From the NCBI GenBank assembly GCA_965140445.1, contig OZ223236.1, positions 5,120,001 to 5,184,000 on the forward strand: a DNA stretch of 64,000 bases. The letters run 5' to 3'. The DNA comes from Candidatus Ozemobacteraceae bacterium. Lineage in GTDB: Bacteria; Muiribacteriota; Ozemobacteria; Ozemobacterales; Ozemobacteraceae. The notes under the pieces are model-generated. The model searched no databases. It was not told where the DNA came from and saw nothing but the letters and a program-made list of their open reading frames with translations. Position 1 is the stretch's first letter; each line of letters begins with the position of its first letter. Shown here piece after piece: positions 28,859-38,620 of the stretch. The position numbers were made by a program, and so were the translations under genes.

Positions 28859-29311
28859 ATGGGCACCCGTCATAAGGGCAAAAAATCAGAAATCATGGCT
28901 CTCGATACGCTCATAAAGCTCTTAAGGGCTTCAGACAGTGTTGAAAGAGCTCTAAGACCAGAATTTTCGAACTATGGTCTAACGGAAAGTCAATTTGGAA
29001 TTCTAGAAGCGCTTTTTCATCTAGGTCCCTTGTCACAAACAGCTATTGGGAAAAAAATTCTCAAAAGTGGTGGCAATATAACTATGGTTATAGACAATCT
29101 TGAAAAACGATCTTTAGTAAAAAGACAAAAAAACCTTTCAGATCGTAGAAAAATCAGAGTTGAATTGACTAAAAAAGGGCTTGAACTAATTAAAGAGATC
29201 TTCCCAGCTCACGCTAAGAAAATCGAGTCAGTAATGTCTTGCCTCTCAAAAGAAGAACAAAGAAGCCTCCAGGAGCTTTGTAAAAAGCTTGGACATGGAC
29301 AAGCTCTATAG
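28859..29311 (+). CDS. MarR family regulator (MhqR-like)
   Basis: GLTESQFGILEALFHLGPL, SGGNITMVIDNLEKRSLVKR, DRR...VELT; directly upstream of azoR. Confidence 0.9.
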   Translation: MGTRHKGKKSEIMALDTLIKLLRASDSVERALRPEFSNYGLTESQFGILEALFHLGPLSQTAIGKKILKSGGNITMVIDNLEKRSLVKRQKNLSDRRKIRVELTKKGLELIKEIFPAHAKKIESVMSCLSKEEQRSLQELCKKLGHGQAL

Positions 29312-29333
29312 ATCATTGCAATAGGAGTAAAAA

Positions 29334-29957
29334 GTGAAAAAACTATTACATATCATCGCCTCACCAAGAGGCGCAGATTCCAGAAGTCTGAAAATTTCAT
29401 CTCATCTTGAAAAAAAGTTTTTAAAAGCTTACCCAGATCTAACTGTTGACAGACTTGAACTATTTACTGAAGACATACCGGATCTAAACGTCATTCGAGT
29501 TAAAGGAAAGTATGTATTGATGGGTGGCGGTAAGTTGTCTGGTAAGGAAAAAGAATCCTGGGAAAAAATTGAAAAGCACATAGAACGTTTTAAAAAAGCT
29601 GATGTGTATATAATTAGCACACCTATGTGGAACTTTGGGATCCCCTATAAGTTAAAGCAATACATAGATGTAATCTTTCAACCAGGATTTATGTTTACAT
29701 ATACAGAAAATGGGCCTGTAGGGCTCATTACAGATAAGAAACTATATGTTGTTTCTTCCAGAGGAGGAGACTACAGCCCCGAAAGTCCATTTCACGCCTA
29801 TGACCAGCTAGAGCCGTATTTGCGAACAGCCTTTGCATTTATTGGGCTGAAGGACATCTCTTTCATTAACGCTCAACCAATGGACGCAGCTGGCGAAGAT
29901 GTTAGAAATAAAAATATAGAAAGCGCTTTTAAACAAATTGATGAAATTTCAATTTAG
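29334..29957 (+). CDS. azoR: FMN-dependent NADH-azoreductase
   Basis: IASPRG..SRS, PMWNFGIPYKLKQYID, SRGGDY. Confidence 0.92.
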   Translation: MKKLLHIIASPRGADSRSLKISSHLEKKFLKAYPDLTVDRLELFTEDIPDLNVIRVKGKYVLMGGGKLSGKEKESWEKIEKHIERFKKADVYIISTPMWNFGIPYKLKQYIDVIFQPGFMFTYTENGPVGLITDKKLYVVSSRGGDYSPESPFHAYDQLEPYLRTAFAFIGLKDISFINAQPMDAAGEDVRNKNIESAFKQIDEISI

Positions 29958-29995
29958 ACAAAAAAGGAAAATCGCGACTTAAAAGTCGCACTAAA

Positions 29996-30057
29996 CTAAG
30001 AAAAAGCTTGTAAGCATCAAACCTCAACGGCTTTGGTGCTTACAAGCTTTTTCTTAG
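29996..30057. terminator. Long inverted repeat downstream of azoR
   Basis: CTAAGAAAAAGCTTGTAAGCA / TGCTTACAAGCTTTTTCTTAG (21 bp perfect, extendable through a G-U pair), preceded by a small hairpin GCGACTT-AA-AAGTCGC. Confidence 0.7.
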
Positions 30058-30335
30058 GCAACCCACCCAATAAATCGAGTCTTTTCTCAGTTTTCCATTG
30101 TTATCTGCTTCCCCTCAAGCTCACTTTGCCCTGAAAAAAGTCAACAACCTAGATTAAGCAAGATGAACAACAGCAACTTTTTATTTAAACTGAGCAAAAA
30201 AGAATCAGATTTTTTTGCCTACCTTTAGTATAGCAATATTTCTGCCAAAGTAGTTCTTTTGGGGAAAGTTCTTTTATAAAAAGGAAATTGGGAGAAAAAA
30301 CAAAAAAATCTAAGACAAAAAATGCGACAATTTTG

Positions 30336-32462
30336 TCATTCTTTTAAGGCAATCAATTTTCCAATTGAATTCAAAAGATCAATGCGCTGAAATGGTTTTC
30401 CCAAAAAGTCGTCAGGGCTTACCCCGGACCATTTTGCAGGGACCTCTGCGTATCCACTCATCAACACCACAGGCATCTTTGGATCAATTTTTTTCAACTG
30501 TTCTAACGCTTCTAAACCGCCTAGAACAGGCATGTTCATATCAAGAAGAACAAGAGAAATCTTTTCTGAATTAGCAGTAAAAAGCTTTATAGCTTCCTTT
30601 CCATCTGGAGCAGAAATTACTTCATAACCTGCTTTTTTAAGCATTCTTTCAGTCAAAATTCTAACTGATTTTTCGTCGTCGGCAACCAAAATTGTGCCAG
30701 AACAAGGAGCTTCCAAGGGAAGATCAATATCTTTTTTAGGTATAAGTGGGATTTGCTTTTCATCCGGCAAACACGGAAATAGAACATAAAAAGCAGTACC
30801 TACTCCCAACCGGCTTTCAACACGTATCCCACCACCATGACCTCGAACAATGCCAAGAACAGAAGCAAGCCCCAGCCCTCTTCCGGCACCTTTGGTCGAA
30901 AAAAATGGATCAAAAATTCTTTCGATAGTATCTTCGTCCATTCCTTTCCCAGTATCTTCAACCTTTAAAAAAGCATATTTCTTACCAATCAACTTTTCCT
31001 GATCGGTTGCAAGCATGGAGAAAAATTGAAAGTCATAATCCTTTATTCCGGTTGAAATTGTTATTTGTCCAGCTTCATCTTCAAGTGAATCAGAGGCATT
31101 TATAATCAGATTCATGACAATCTGCCTGACCTGCGACAAATCACATTCGATTAACAACAAGTTTTCGTCAAGATTAAACTTTATTTCAGATTTCTTACTT
31201 AAAGAAGCTTTTACAAGAGCGGAAATCTCCTTGATGAGATCATTCAAATTGCATGGTTCAATTACAAACTGACCTTTTCCAGAATAGTTAAGAAGTTGTT
31301 TATTTAAATCTGAAGAACGCATGGCTGCTTTTTGGATTTCCTGCAAACATGAATGAGCCGGGGAATCATTGCTTAGCTCCAAAACCGCGAGTTCAGCATT
31401 TCCCATAATAGTTGCAAGCATATTGTTAAAATCATGCGCCACGCCCCCTGCCATAAGTCCAAGGCTTTCAAGCCGTTGAACATGCTGCAATTGTGACTCT
31501 AGACGTTCTTTTTCAAGTTGAGACTCTTTCCTTATTGTAATGTTCTTAAAAGTCCCCAAAATCCTTGAAGGGGTAAAATTATCTGCCCATTCAATAACTC
31601 TGCCTCTCTCTTCGACCCAAATCCATTTTCCTGAGAAGTTTTTTAATCGGTATTCAACTTCGTATGCAGGATTTTCTTTAGACAAATTATTCTTCAAGTA
31701 TTCTTCAACCCAAAGTCTGTCGTCAGAAAAAGCACAATCTCTAGCCAATTGGCTAAAAGTTACATCCTTATCCTGACCCAAAACGGTATTACACCAGTTT
31801 GAACTTGCAAAAAGTTTATCTTCCCCAACTTCCCAATCCCAAAATCCATCATTAGTTGATTCCAAAATAAGTTTTAATCGTTCCTGACTGTTTGAAAGAG
31901 CTTCTTTTGAAATTCTAATTTCGTTATACAAAAGGCAGGCTTCAAGTTGCTTTCCGACATATGCGGCGACAAACCTTGCTCGATTAACGTCTATGGCAGA
32001 ATAATCTTTCGCCTGGGATAATTTGTTTATTGCTTGAAAAGCCCCAATAATTTTTCCGACAGAGTCTCTTAAAGGAATGATTAAGAGATTCCTTGTCCGG
32101 TAGCCAGACTGCTCATCAATATTCTTGTTGAAACGTGAATCTGAAAGAGCATCATTTATAACAAGTTCTTCGCCCTTTTTCGTGCTTTGCCCTACAACGC
32201 CAAGAGTATCAGGAATAATTATCCTCTCATGGACCTTTTCAACCATAGTCCATAGCTGATGGTTACTATGATCACGCACCCAAATGCTACATCTGTCGGA
32301 CTGAGTTACTTTTTTTCCAAGTTCAGACAAAAGTAAAAGTTGCTTTTCTATGCTTGATTCGGCAGAAATCTTAGCAACAAAGTTAAATAAAATTTCAAAA
32401 ATTTCGTCCGCAGTAATATCTTTTAAAATTTCCATAAATCTTTTTTTCTTGGCGGAAGCCAT
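30336..32462 (-). CDS. Hybrid sensor histidine kinase (GAF-PAS-HisKA-HATPase-REC)
   Basis: GAF (DEQSGYRTRNLLIIPL...QAINK), PAS (DGFWDW), GGVAHDFNNML, QIVMNLIINA, FDPFFSTK..GRGLGL, LLDMNMP. Confidence 0.93.
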   Translation of the reverse strand: MASAKKKRFMEILKDITADEIFEILFNFVAKISAESSIEKQLLLLSELGKKVTQSDRCSIWVRDHSNHQLWTMVEKVHERIIIPDTLGVVGQSTKKGEELVINDALSDSRFNKNIDEQSGYRTRNLLIIPLRDSVGKIIGAFQAINKLSQAKDYSAIDVNRARFVAAYVGKQLEACLLYNEIRISKEALSNSQERLKLILESTNDGFWDWEVGEDKLFASSNWCNTVLGQDKDVTFSQLARDCAFSDDRLWVEEYLKNNLSKENPAYEVEYRLKNFSGKWIWVEERGRVIEWADNFTPSRILGTFKNITIRKESQLEKERLESQLQHVQRLESLGLMAGGVAHDFNNMLATIMGNAELAVLELSNDSPAHSCLQEIQKAAMRSSDLNKQLLNYSGKGQFVIEPCNLNDLIKEISALVKASLSKKSEIKFNLDENLLLIECDLSQVRQIVMNLIINASDSLEDEAGQITISTGIKDYDFQFFSMLATDQEKLIGKKYAFLKVEDTGKGMDEDTIERIFDPFFSTKGAGRGLGLASVLGIVRGHGGGIRVESRLGVGTAFYVLFPCLPDEKQIPLIPKKDIDLPLEAPCSGTILVADDEKSVRILTERMLKKAGYEVISAPDGKEAIKLFTANSEKISLVLLDMNMPVLGGLEALEQLKKIDPKMPVVLMSGYAEVPAKWSGVSPDDFLGKPFQRIDLLNSIGKLIALKE

Positions 32463-32553
32463 AACCCTAGCCTATAATTATACATTTACAATAGCTATTA
32501 AACAGTAGATTCTCAAGTAAAATCTAATGATATCTAAATAAACAGGAAATAAA

Positions 32554-34368
32554 TTGCGAGAATCAAAAACAATAACCTTAATTATTTTACCAACGTTGTT
32601 CTTTGCTATAGAAAAGCTTTTTATAGTTCATGAAACCGGTCTTACTCCCCTAAGCATCCTTACCATTCTGGCAGTTACAGGCGGAATTTTCAGGGAGCTT
32701 TTTATTCCTTTTGCTGCTAGCTCAATTGCCAATTTAACAAATTTAACCAAATATTTTTTGGGGAAGTTTGCCATAACCTTGGTTTTTATAGCTTCAATTC
32801 TATTTTCGCTCATCAATTTAGTTTCATTTGTGGTTAGCTCTACTCCATTTCGTATTGAATACCTTAACCACTTGGATCACAGAGCTTTTCAGCAATTCTA
32901 TAGTTTGGGAAATAGCGCTTTGTTAATCTTAACTTTACTGTTATTAGTCTATTTCTCTAGATTGATTTATTTCCGCATTGGGGAAACCTCGAAATCAGCT
33001 GAGATAGCAATTGCACTAATCGGAGCTGTATTTTTTTTCTTGTTTCCCAGCCCGCAAAGCTATAGATACACAGCAACCTGGGAAGACGCATTAGCTGATG
33101 TAAAAACAGACATTGCGCTAGACTACACCTATAAAGATCCAATCTCCTTTTTTGTAAATAGCTTTCGTTTAAAGTTATCAAAGAAATCCTTTGGCAAATT
33201 TAGTCCACAAGAACAAGCTTTTCTTAAAAATTGTGGATTTTCTCTCCCTCCTGGAACACAGAAACCATTTTTTAAAAAGCCTCAATATAAAAAAATAGTC
33301 TTTATAGTTTTTGAAGCTCTGGATATAAACTACCTGCACTTTTTCAATCCAGAAATCCCAAAAGAAGCTTCATCATTTTTCGATGAGCTTTTGCAGCAAT
33401 ACCCAAATATGACAAATTTTTACACATCAAATTATCCAACTTCATGTGGTCGCTATGCTCTTGTATTTTCAAGAATCCCGTATTTAATTCACTTTTCACT
33501 CATTCATAAACACAAAAGCATATTTACTCTATTTAAAGAGGCTTTTCCCAAAGGGATCACCCAATATCTTAGAAATTCAACCAAGTATTACGGAGGGGAT
33601 CAAAAACTCGTAATTGAAGCATTCAAAATGGACGAGTTTATTTGCGCTGACACTTTAAGAGATAAATACAATGTGAACTATACATACGAATGGGGGGTGC
33701 ATAATGATGTAATTTTTAAAGAACTAGCAAGTATTTTAGAAAAAAATGCTTCTACCCCGTGCATGATTTTTTCTAAAACCATTGATGGGCATTTTCCATA
33801 TCATTTTGGCGAAAATCATAAAAAAGAGATCCCTGAAACCGTAAAAAATCACCCATCCAGAATAGTAAAAACAGTTTTTTGGAACAACAGCCTATTAGAG
33901 AACTTTTTTTCTGAAATCAAAAAAAAGGGATTATTTAGAGATGACACACTTTTTATAATAACCACTGATCATACTCCTAACCCAAATTTCGGGCACAAGG
34001 AGCTTGTAAAAAACAAGAAGTTTCAACAATTGGATAAGATTCCGCTTATATTTGTTTCTTCAAATCTTGAGCCATTAAAAACTCTCAGACCCAATTTACT
34101 TTGTAGCCAGGTGGATCTTCCAACAACTGTTTGCTCCATTCTTGGAATTACCCCTCCTAAATACTATCTAGGAAGGAACCTTTTGGCGACTTCAACTCTA
34201 CCGTTAAGCATGAGCCACTTCGCCGACTATTTCTTTATAAAAACGGCAACAAGAAGCTATGCAATTCCAGAGAATGAAAATGTACGGGACTTAACATGGG
34301 AAGAAAAAACGATTTTAAAGTATTTCGACCAACAAAAAACCGTAGAGTTTAATGAAGTAACAAACTAG
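32554..34368 (+). CDS. LTA synthase / sulfatase-like membrane phosphotransferase
   Basis: Five N-terminal TMs, then IVFIVFE, a Thr nucleophile region (YPTSCG), GHFPY, TTDH and SQVDLPTT. Confidence 0.75.
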   Translation: MRESKTITLIILPTLFFAIEKLFIVHETGLTPLSILTILAVTGGIFRELFIPFAASSIANLTNLTKYFLGKFAITLVFIASILFSLINLVSFVVSSTPFRIEYLNHLDHRAFQQFYSLGNSALLILTLLLLVYFSRLIYFRIGETSKSAEIAIALIGAVFFFLFPSPQSYRYTATWEDALADVKTDIALDYTYKDPISFFVNSFRLKLSKKSFGKFSPQEQAFLKNCGFSLPPGTQKPFFKKPQYKKIVFIVFEALDINYLHFFNPEIPKEASSFFDELLQQYPNMTNFYTSNYPTSCGRYALVFSRIPYLIHFSLIHKHKSIFTLFKEAFPKGITQYLRNSTKYYGGDQKLVIEAFKMDEFICADTLRDKYNVNYTYEWGVHNDVIFKELASILEKNASTPCMIFSKTIDGHFPYHFGENHKKEIPETVKNHPSRIVKTVFWNNSLLENFFSEIKKKGLFRDDTLFIITTDHTPNPNFGHKELVKNKKFQQLDKIPLIFVSSNLEPLKTLRPNLLCSQVDLPTTVCSILGITPPKYYLGRNLLATSTLPLSMSHFADYFFIKTATRSYAIPENENVRDLTWEEKTILKYFDQQKTVEFNEVTN

Positions 34369-34391
34369 GGCCCCGTAGGCTCTAATATAAA

Positions 34392-34898
34392 CTACCAGCT
34401 TTCTTCATGAACTCTTTCGGGCATAAGTCTGGATTCAACAATAGCTTCTTCAGCAGCATATCCAATGGGAATCATTGAAAAAGGAAATATACCTTCAGGA
34501 ATTTTCAAAATTTCCTGTATAGTCTTAATTCTTTCCCCTTCTGGGAATACTCCGGTCCAGACGGCTCCAAGCCCCATAGAATGTGCAGCCAGCAAAAGAT
34601 TTTGTGTGGCAGCTGAACAGTCCTGCATCCAGTATCCGGAAAACTTTTCTAAAGAAGGATCCCCACAGACAACAACGGCAACTGGAGCGTCTATAACCAT
34701 TTTCGCATAAGGATGTGCCGCCGCTAGTTTTTTTCTGGTTTCAAAATCCTTGACCACAATAAAATGCCAGGGTTGCTGATTCCCTGCAGATGGAGCAGAC
34801 ATGGCTGCCTTTAAAAGAGCGACCAACTGATCTTCATCCACCTCCTGACTGGTGAATTTTCTTACACTTCGTCTAGTTAATATAAAATTTATTCCCAT
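34392..34898 (-). CDS. Nitroreductase family protein
   Basis: TRRSVRKF, APSAGNQQPWHFIVV, QDCSAATQNLLLAAHSMGLGAVW. ATG at 34898 after GGAGGGG (track starts at 34964). Confidence 0.92.
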   Translation of the reverse strand: MGINFILTRRSVRKFTSQEVDEDQLVALLKAAMSAPSAGNQQPWHFIVVKDFETRKKLAAAHPYAKMVIDAPVAVVVCGDPSLEKFSGYWMQDCSAATQNLLLAAHSMGLGAVWTGVFPEGERIKTIQEILKIPEGIFPFSMIPIGYAAEEAIVESRLMPERVHEESW

Positions 34899-34944
34899 TT
34901 CCCCTCCAGCATTAACAATGCATAATAAAGATGTTATATCATTA

Positions 34945-35517
34945 CTATAACGCCTCATCCGCACAGGTAAGGGTGTAACCTGTAACCATTAAATCAAAAT
35001 CGAGTTTAGCTAATCTAGTGTGCTCCGGATCCCATGGCGATAAATACTCAATGGTAACAAATTCTGGATCCTCATTAATTTCGATTCTAACAATCTCAAA
35101 CTCATTGAGAAAAGCTCCTTCAGTATCCCTCAGCTTTTCCATGTTTCTAATCGTTGGCCATTCTTCTGTATCTTTGTAAGAGTCTTTTATCTCTTCAAAT
35201 TCACGAATAGCTGCTTTTTCGATAGAGATTTTCATTTCATTCGGATAATTTTTCAATTTTCTAATTGTTTCCCTTACTGGAAGGGAAATTTCTCCATCAA
35301 CCAAAGGAAAATTTAATGGGACTTCCAAATTTTTCTCTAGTCTGATTTTTGTTTCAGCGACTGTACCCCAATAGGAGAAATCTCCTACTATCACATCCTG
35401 CCCTCTTTTTTGGGTTATCTTTTTTATCAAATCCATTGCCAGACCAAGTCCAACAAGGCAGATAAACAAAAAAACCATCAGTAGAAAGAGTGCGGCCAAT
35501 ATCTTCAGTACAATCAT
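34945..35517 (-). CDS. Hypothetical protein with N-terminal membrane anchor
   Basis: GGAGG RBS, N-terminal TM, C-terminal WDPEH motif. Confidence 0.6.
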   Translation of the reverse strand: MIVLKILAALFLLMVFLFICLVGLGLAMDLIKKITQKRGQDVIVGDFSYWGTVAETKIRLEKNLEVPLNFPLVDGEISLPVRETIRKLKNYPNEMKISIEKAAIREFEEIKDSYKDTEEWPTIRNMEKLRDTEGAFLNEFEIVRIEINEDPEFVTIEYLSPWDPEHTRLAKLDFDLMVTGYTLTCADEAL

Positions 35518-35580
35518 TTTCCCACAAACCTCCGGGAATTTTCTTGCTTAAAAAACAAAAAATCAGACTAAATATATTTT

Positions 35581-36081
35581 TTAATAGGGCCAGAAATTAT
35601 TATCAGTCCAGATTTTTTCGGTAATTACACGATCAAGGTCAGCTAGCATATGCAGATGACTTTTCTCCCATTTTGCAAGCCAGCTATAAAGTTTCTTTTC
35701 TTCCTCATCAGATGCATTTTCGGCTCGATCAGTATAAACTTGAATTGCCCGCTCTTCCATAGAAATAGCTGCAGAAATGGCTGCAGATTCGTAATCCGCA
35801 CCGGAAATTTTCTGGCAAATTTCATCTGTAAGCACCTTTTCAGCGGCGTCAGTAGGTGAAGAAGACAACTCTTGCGGCTGGAACTTTCCATGCGCTTTTA
35901 AATTTTTGTATTGCTCATGAAGCAATCGAATATGATTCTGTTCTTCTTCGGCCATTAGCTCAAAAAAATCTTTTACCGAAGAATGGGCGGTCTGCTCTGC
36001 AACTTTGCTATAAAAAGTTTTTCCACGCTTTTCAAGTAAAATAGCCTGTTTTAAAATTTCCAACGATTTTGATTCTGGCAT
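35581..36081 (-). CDS. Rubrerythrin/ferritin-like di-iron protein (no rubredoxin domain)
   Basis: Duplicated E..(G/A)..(F/V)Y...E..H motifs: LEKRGKTFY/EEEQNH and MEERAIQVY/WEKSH. Confidence 0.85.
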   Translation of the reverse strand: MPESKSLEILKQAILLEKRGKTFYSKVAEQTAHSSVKDFFELMAEEEQNHIRLLHEQYKNLKAHGKFQPQELSSSPTDAAEKVLTDEICQKISGADYESAAISAAISMEERAIQVYTDRAENASDEEEKKLYSWLAKWEKSHLHMLADLDRVITEKIWTDNNFWPY

Positions 36082-36151
36082 TTATTTCCTCCTGAGATTT
36101 CTTATCCTTTAGAACGTAATCTATTATCAATACTTTTCAAATTGATTTTTT

Positions 36152-36180
36152 TTATCAACACTCAAGTATTTTAGTATAAT
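36152..36180 (+). promoter_or_regulatory. Candidate promoter of the Cys-rich gene pair (nearly leaderless)
   Basis: TTATCA-N17-TATAAT ending 10 nt before ATG 36191; no SD sequence. Confidence 0.45.
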
Positions 36181-36190
36181 TTCTAATGTA

Positions 36191-36517
36191 ATGTTTAAAA
36201 TACCTGAATGTCTAATACAGATTCTTCGAGATGGGAAGAGGCTGAAAAAAGATTGTCACTTTTTCAGCCTGATAAACACATTTTATAAATTGCACCAAAA
36301 GTTTCATACTTCAACCCCTTCTGAAAAATCAATTCTAAGGAAAACACTGGATTCGCTTGCGAAAACAATTGAAGAAAAAAGCAAATCGCACTCTTGTTTC
36401 CCCGAGATGTGTTTTGATTGTCCCGGGATGAAAAAGTGCCTTGATTGCCAAAAAAGGGAAAATTGCATAGCAATCCTTAGAGCTTTTGAGGAAAATAGTC
36501 AAAATAATGGAAAATGA
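36191..36517 (+). CDS. Small Cys-rich hypothetical protein (paralogue A)
   Basis: Aligns without gaps to the next ORF, including 8 Cys, which supports both being real genes. Confidence 0.75.
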   Translation: MFKIPECLIQILRDGKRLKKDCHFFSLINTFYKLHQKFHTSTPSEKSILRKTLDSLAKTIEEKSKSHSCFPEMCFDCPGMKKCLDCQKRENCIAILRAFEENSQNNGK

Positions 36518-36833
36518 TTCTTACAAATGTGAATGCCTGAATGACAGAAATTGGGAAAAAATCCAATTTGAAAAAGACTGCTATTTCTATCAGCTTCTGC
36601 AAACTTTTTATAAACTGCAAAGGCTATATCACTGTGCGTCACCAGCGGAAAAAGAAGCACTTAAATCTTACCTGAACTCGGCACAGGCAAAAATTGTAGA
36701 AGCCAGTCAAAAATTGGAGTGCTTTCCAAAGAATTGTTCTCTTTGTGCCGGAATGGCAAGGTGCCAAAAATGTCCTTCGCAAGAATCATGCATCAAAATG
36801 AAATTTGAGATTCCGGATGATTTTCCAAGCTAA
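36507..36833 (+). CDS. Small Cys-rich hypothetical protein (paralogue B)
   Basis: Likely ATG at 36507 overlapping the end of paralogue A (track starts at 36486); same Cys spacing. Confidence 0.75.
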   Translation: MENDSYKCECLNDRNWEKIQFEKDCYFYQLLQTFYKLQRLYHCASPAEKEALKSYLNSAQAKIVEASQKLECFPKNCSLCAGMARCQKCPSQESCIKMKFEIPDDFPS

Positions 36834-36993
36834 CAGGCTTAAATAAAATTAGCATATTCTTTGTAACAACTTATTGCCAACTCAAATCCAGACAAACCTG
36901 GAATAAAAACATGCAAAATGTGTTTTTTGAGACCGAATCAAGTTTCAAAAATGGTAGACTGGTAGGGATAAAATAAACTTGGAGTATATTAGC

Positions 36994-38517
36994 ATGCGAA
37001 AATATTTGTGTTATAGCCTGTTGGCAATAAGTTTGAGCCTGGGTTTCAGTTCATTAAAAGCAGCAGCTTCCAATGAAGGCGATAGATACATCGTCAGATT
37101 TGAAAACAACGAAAGAGTTACTGGCTCCAGAAAAAGCGTTATAAACTCTTTGCAAAAAAACAATTTAAAGAATGTTGAAAAGCTTTCAAAATCAGTAACT
37201 GGAAGCAAAAACCTGGATATGAAATCACTGTGGGTTGCAAATTCAGTTGCGCTTACAGCTGACCAAAATACTCTAAATCAGATAAAGCAGATTCCAGAAG
37301 TGGCTGAAATCACCAAGTGTGAATATAAAATCTGGCTTGATAAAGACATAAACAAGAAAAAAATTGAAAACAATGAAAATAAAATTCAGTGGAGTGTGGA
37401 AAAAGTAAGAGCTCCAGAAGTTTGGAATAAACTAAACATAGATGGCTCAGGCGTAGTTGTAGGACATTTAGATTCAGGAATTTACGCAGATCACCAAGCC
37501 TTTGCGGATAAACTGCTAAAATTCAAAGATTTTACTCCGGATGCAAGCATAAAGCCATTAGATGGACAAGGTCACGGAACTCATACAGCAGGAACAATTT
37601 GTGGTGGAATGGGAGTAGGGGTTGCACCTGGAGCAAGATTAATTGTTGGAAGAATTTTTGATGCAAAAGGTGGGACTACTGAAGAAATAATTCTATCAGC
37701 CATGCAATGGGTTATGGACCCTGATGGAAACCCAGAAACGAATGATGGCCCCGCTCTGGTAAGCAACTCATGGGGAAATAATGATTCTACAGATAAAACT
37801 TTTTGGGTTGCGGTTCAAAATTGGGTTGATGCAGGAATTCTTCCCGTTTATGCAGCTGGCAATAATGGAATGTGGGGAGGAAAAGTTGGAACTCCTGCCG
37901 CTTTTCCGCAGTCGTGGGCAGTTGCTGCTACAACCAACACAGATGGTCTAGCATATTTTAGTAGTCAAGGCCCAATTTCATGGGACAATAAACCACTTAT
38001 GAAGCCAGACATAGCTGCTCCCGGCCAGAATATCGTTTCATGTGCAGATGGTGGTGGACTAGTAAGCAACAGTGGCACGTCAATGGCATGCCCCAACGTA
38101 GCTGGAGTAGCTGCCTTGATGTTTCAGGCAGACCCAACTCTTTCAATTGAACAGATCAGACTAATTGCAGAAGAAACGGCGAAAGACCTCGGAACACCTG
38201 GTAAAGACGGAAAATTCGGTTCTGGTCTGATTGATGCATATAAAATCGTCGAGAAAGTCTTGCAAAACTCTGAACTTGCGAACGCATACCAAGCCTATGA
38301 AAGTGCATTAAATGCAGAAGCTGCATTAATAGGAATTCAAACAAGGTCTCCTTTGGCTGAACCGCTTGCGAAATCAATCATAGAGCGCACTTCAAAACTT
38401 GACGAAGGTCAATTTAGGGCTTTAACGCTAAAAATTTCTGATTCAGAATCCGAAGTTTTGAAAAAACTTTTCAAAGAAGCCTGCGCAATCAGAGCTGCCA
38501 GAAACATTCACAAATAA
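36994..38517 (+). CDS. Secreted S8 (subtilisin-like) serine peptidase with propeptide
   Basis: Catalytic triad LDSG, GHGTHTAGT and SGTSMACP; AAGN oxyanion motif; ATG at 36994 after GGAG. Confidence 0.95.
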   Translation: MRKYLCYSLLAISLSLGFSSLKAAASNEGDRYIVRFENNERVTGSRKSVINSLQKNNLKNVEKLSKSVTGSKNLDMKSLWVANSVALTADQNTLNQIKQIPEVAEITKCEYKIWLDKDINKKKIENNENKIQWSVEKVRAPEVWNKLNIDGSGVVVGHLDSGIYADHQAFADKLLKFKDFTPDASIKPLDGQGHGTHTAGTICGGMGVGVAPGARLIVGRIFDAKGGTTEEIILSAMQWVMDPDGNPETNDGPALVSNSWGNNDSTDKTFWVAVQNWVDAGILPVYAAGNNGMWGGKVGTPAAFPQSWAVAATTNTDGLAYFSSQGPISWDNKPLMKPDIAAPGQNIVSCADGGGLVSNSGTSMACPNVAGVAALMFQADPTLSIEQIRLIAEETAKDLGTPGKDGKFGSGLIDAYKIVEKVLQNSELANAYQAYESALNAEAALIGIQTRSPLAEPLAKSIIERTSKLDEGQFRALTLKISDSESEVLKKLFKEACAIRAARNIHK

Positions 38518-38530
38518 ACTTTTAAATACC

Positions 38531-38567
38531 AAAAAGGCGGGACTAATAACTAGTTCCGCCTTTTTTT
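38531..38567 (+). terminator. Intrinsic terminator after the S8 peptidase gene
   Basis: AAAAAGGCGGGACTA-ATAAC-TAGTTCCGCCTTTTTTT. Confidence 0.85.
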
Positions 38568-38620
38568 GTTTTTAAAATTTCTTAGTGCTACAATTGTGCT
38601 ATCAAGTTATGGAGAAAACT

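Noticed and set aside
30195..30226. c-di-GMP-I riboswitch suggested by GGTAGGCAAA on the minus strand
   Set aside because: The GNRA-capped stem and second hairpin of the motif are absent.
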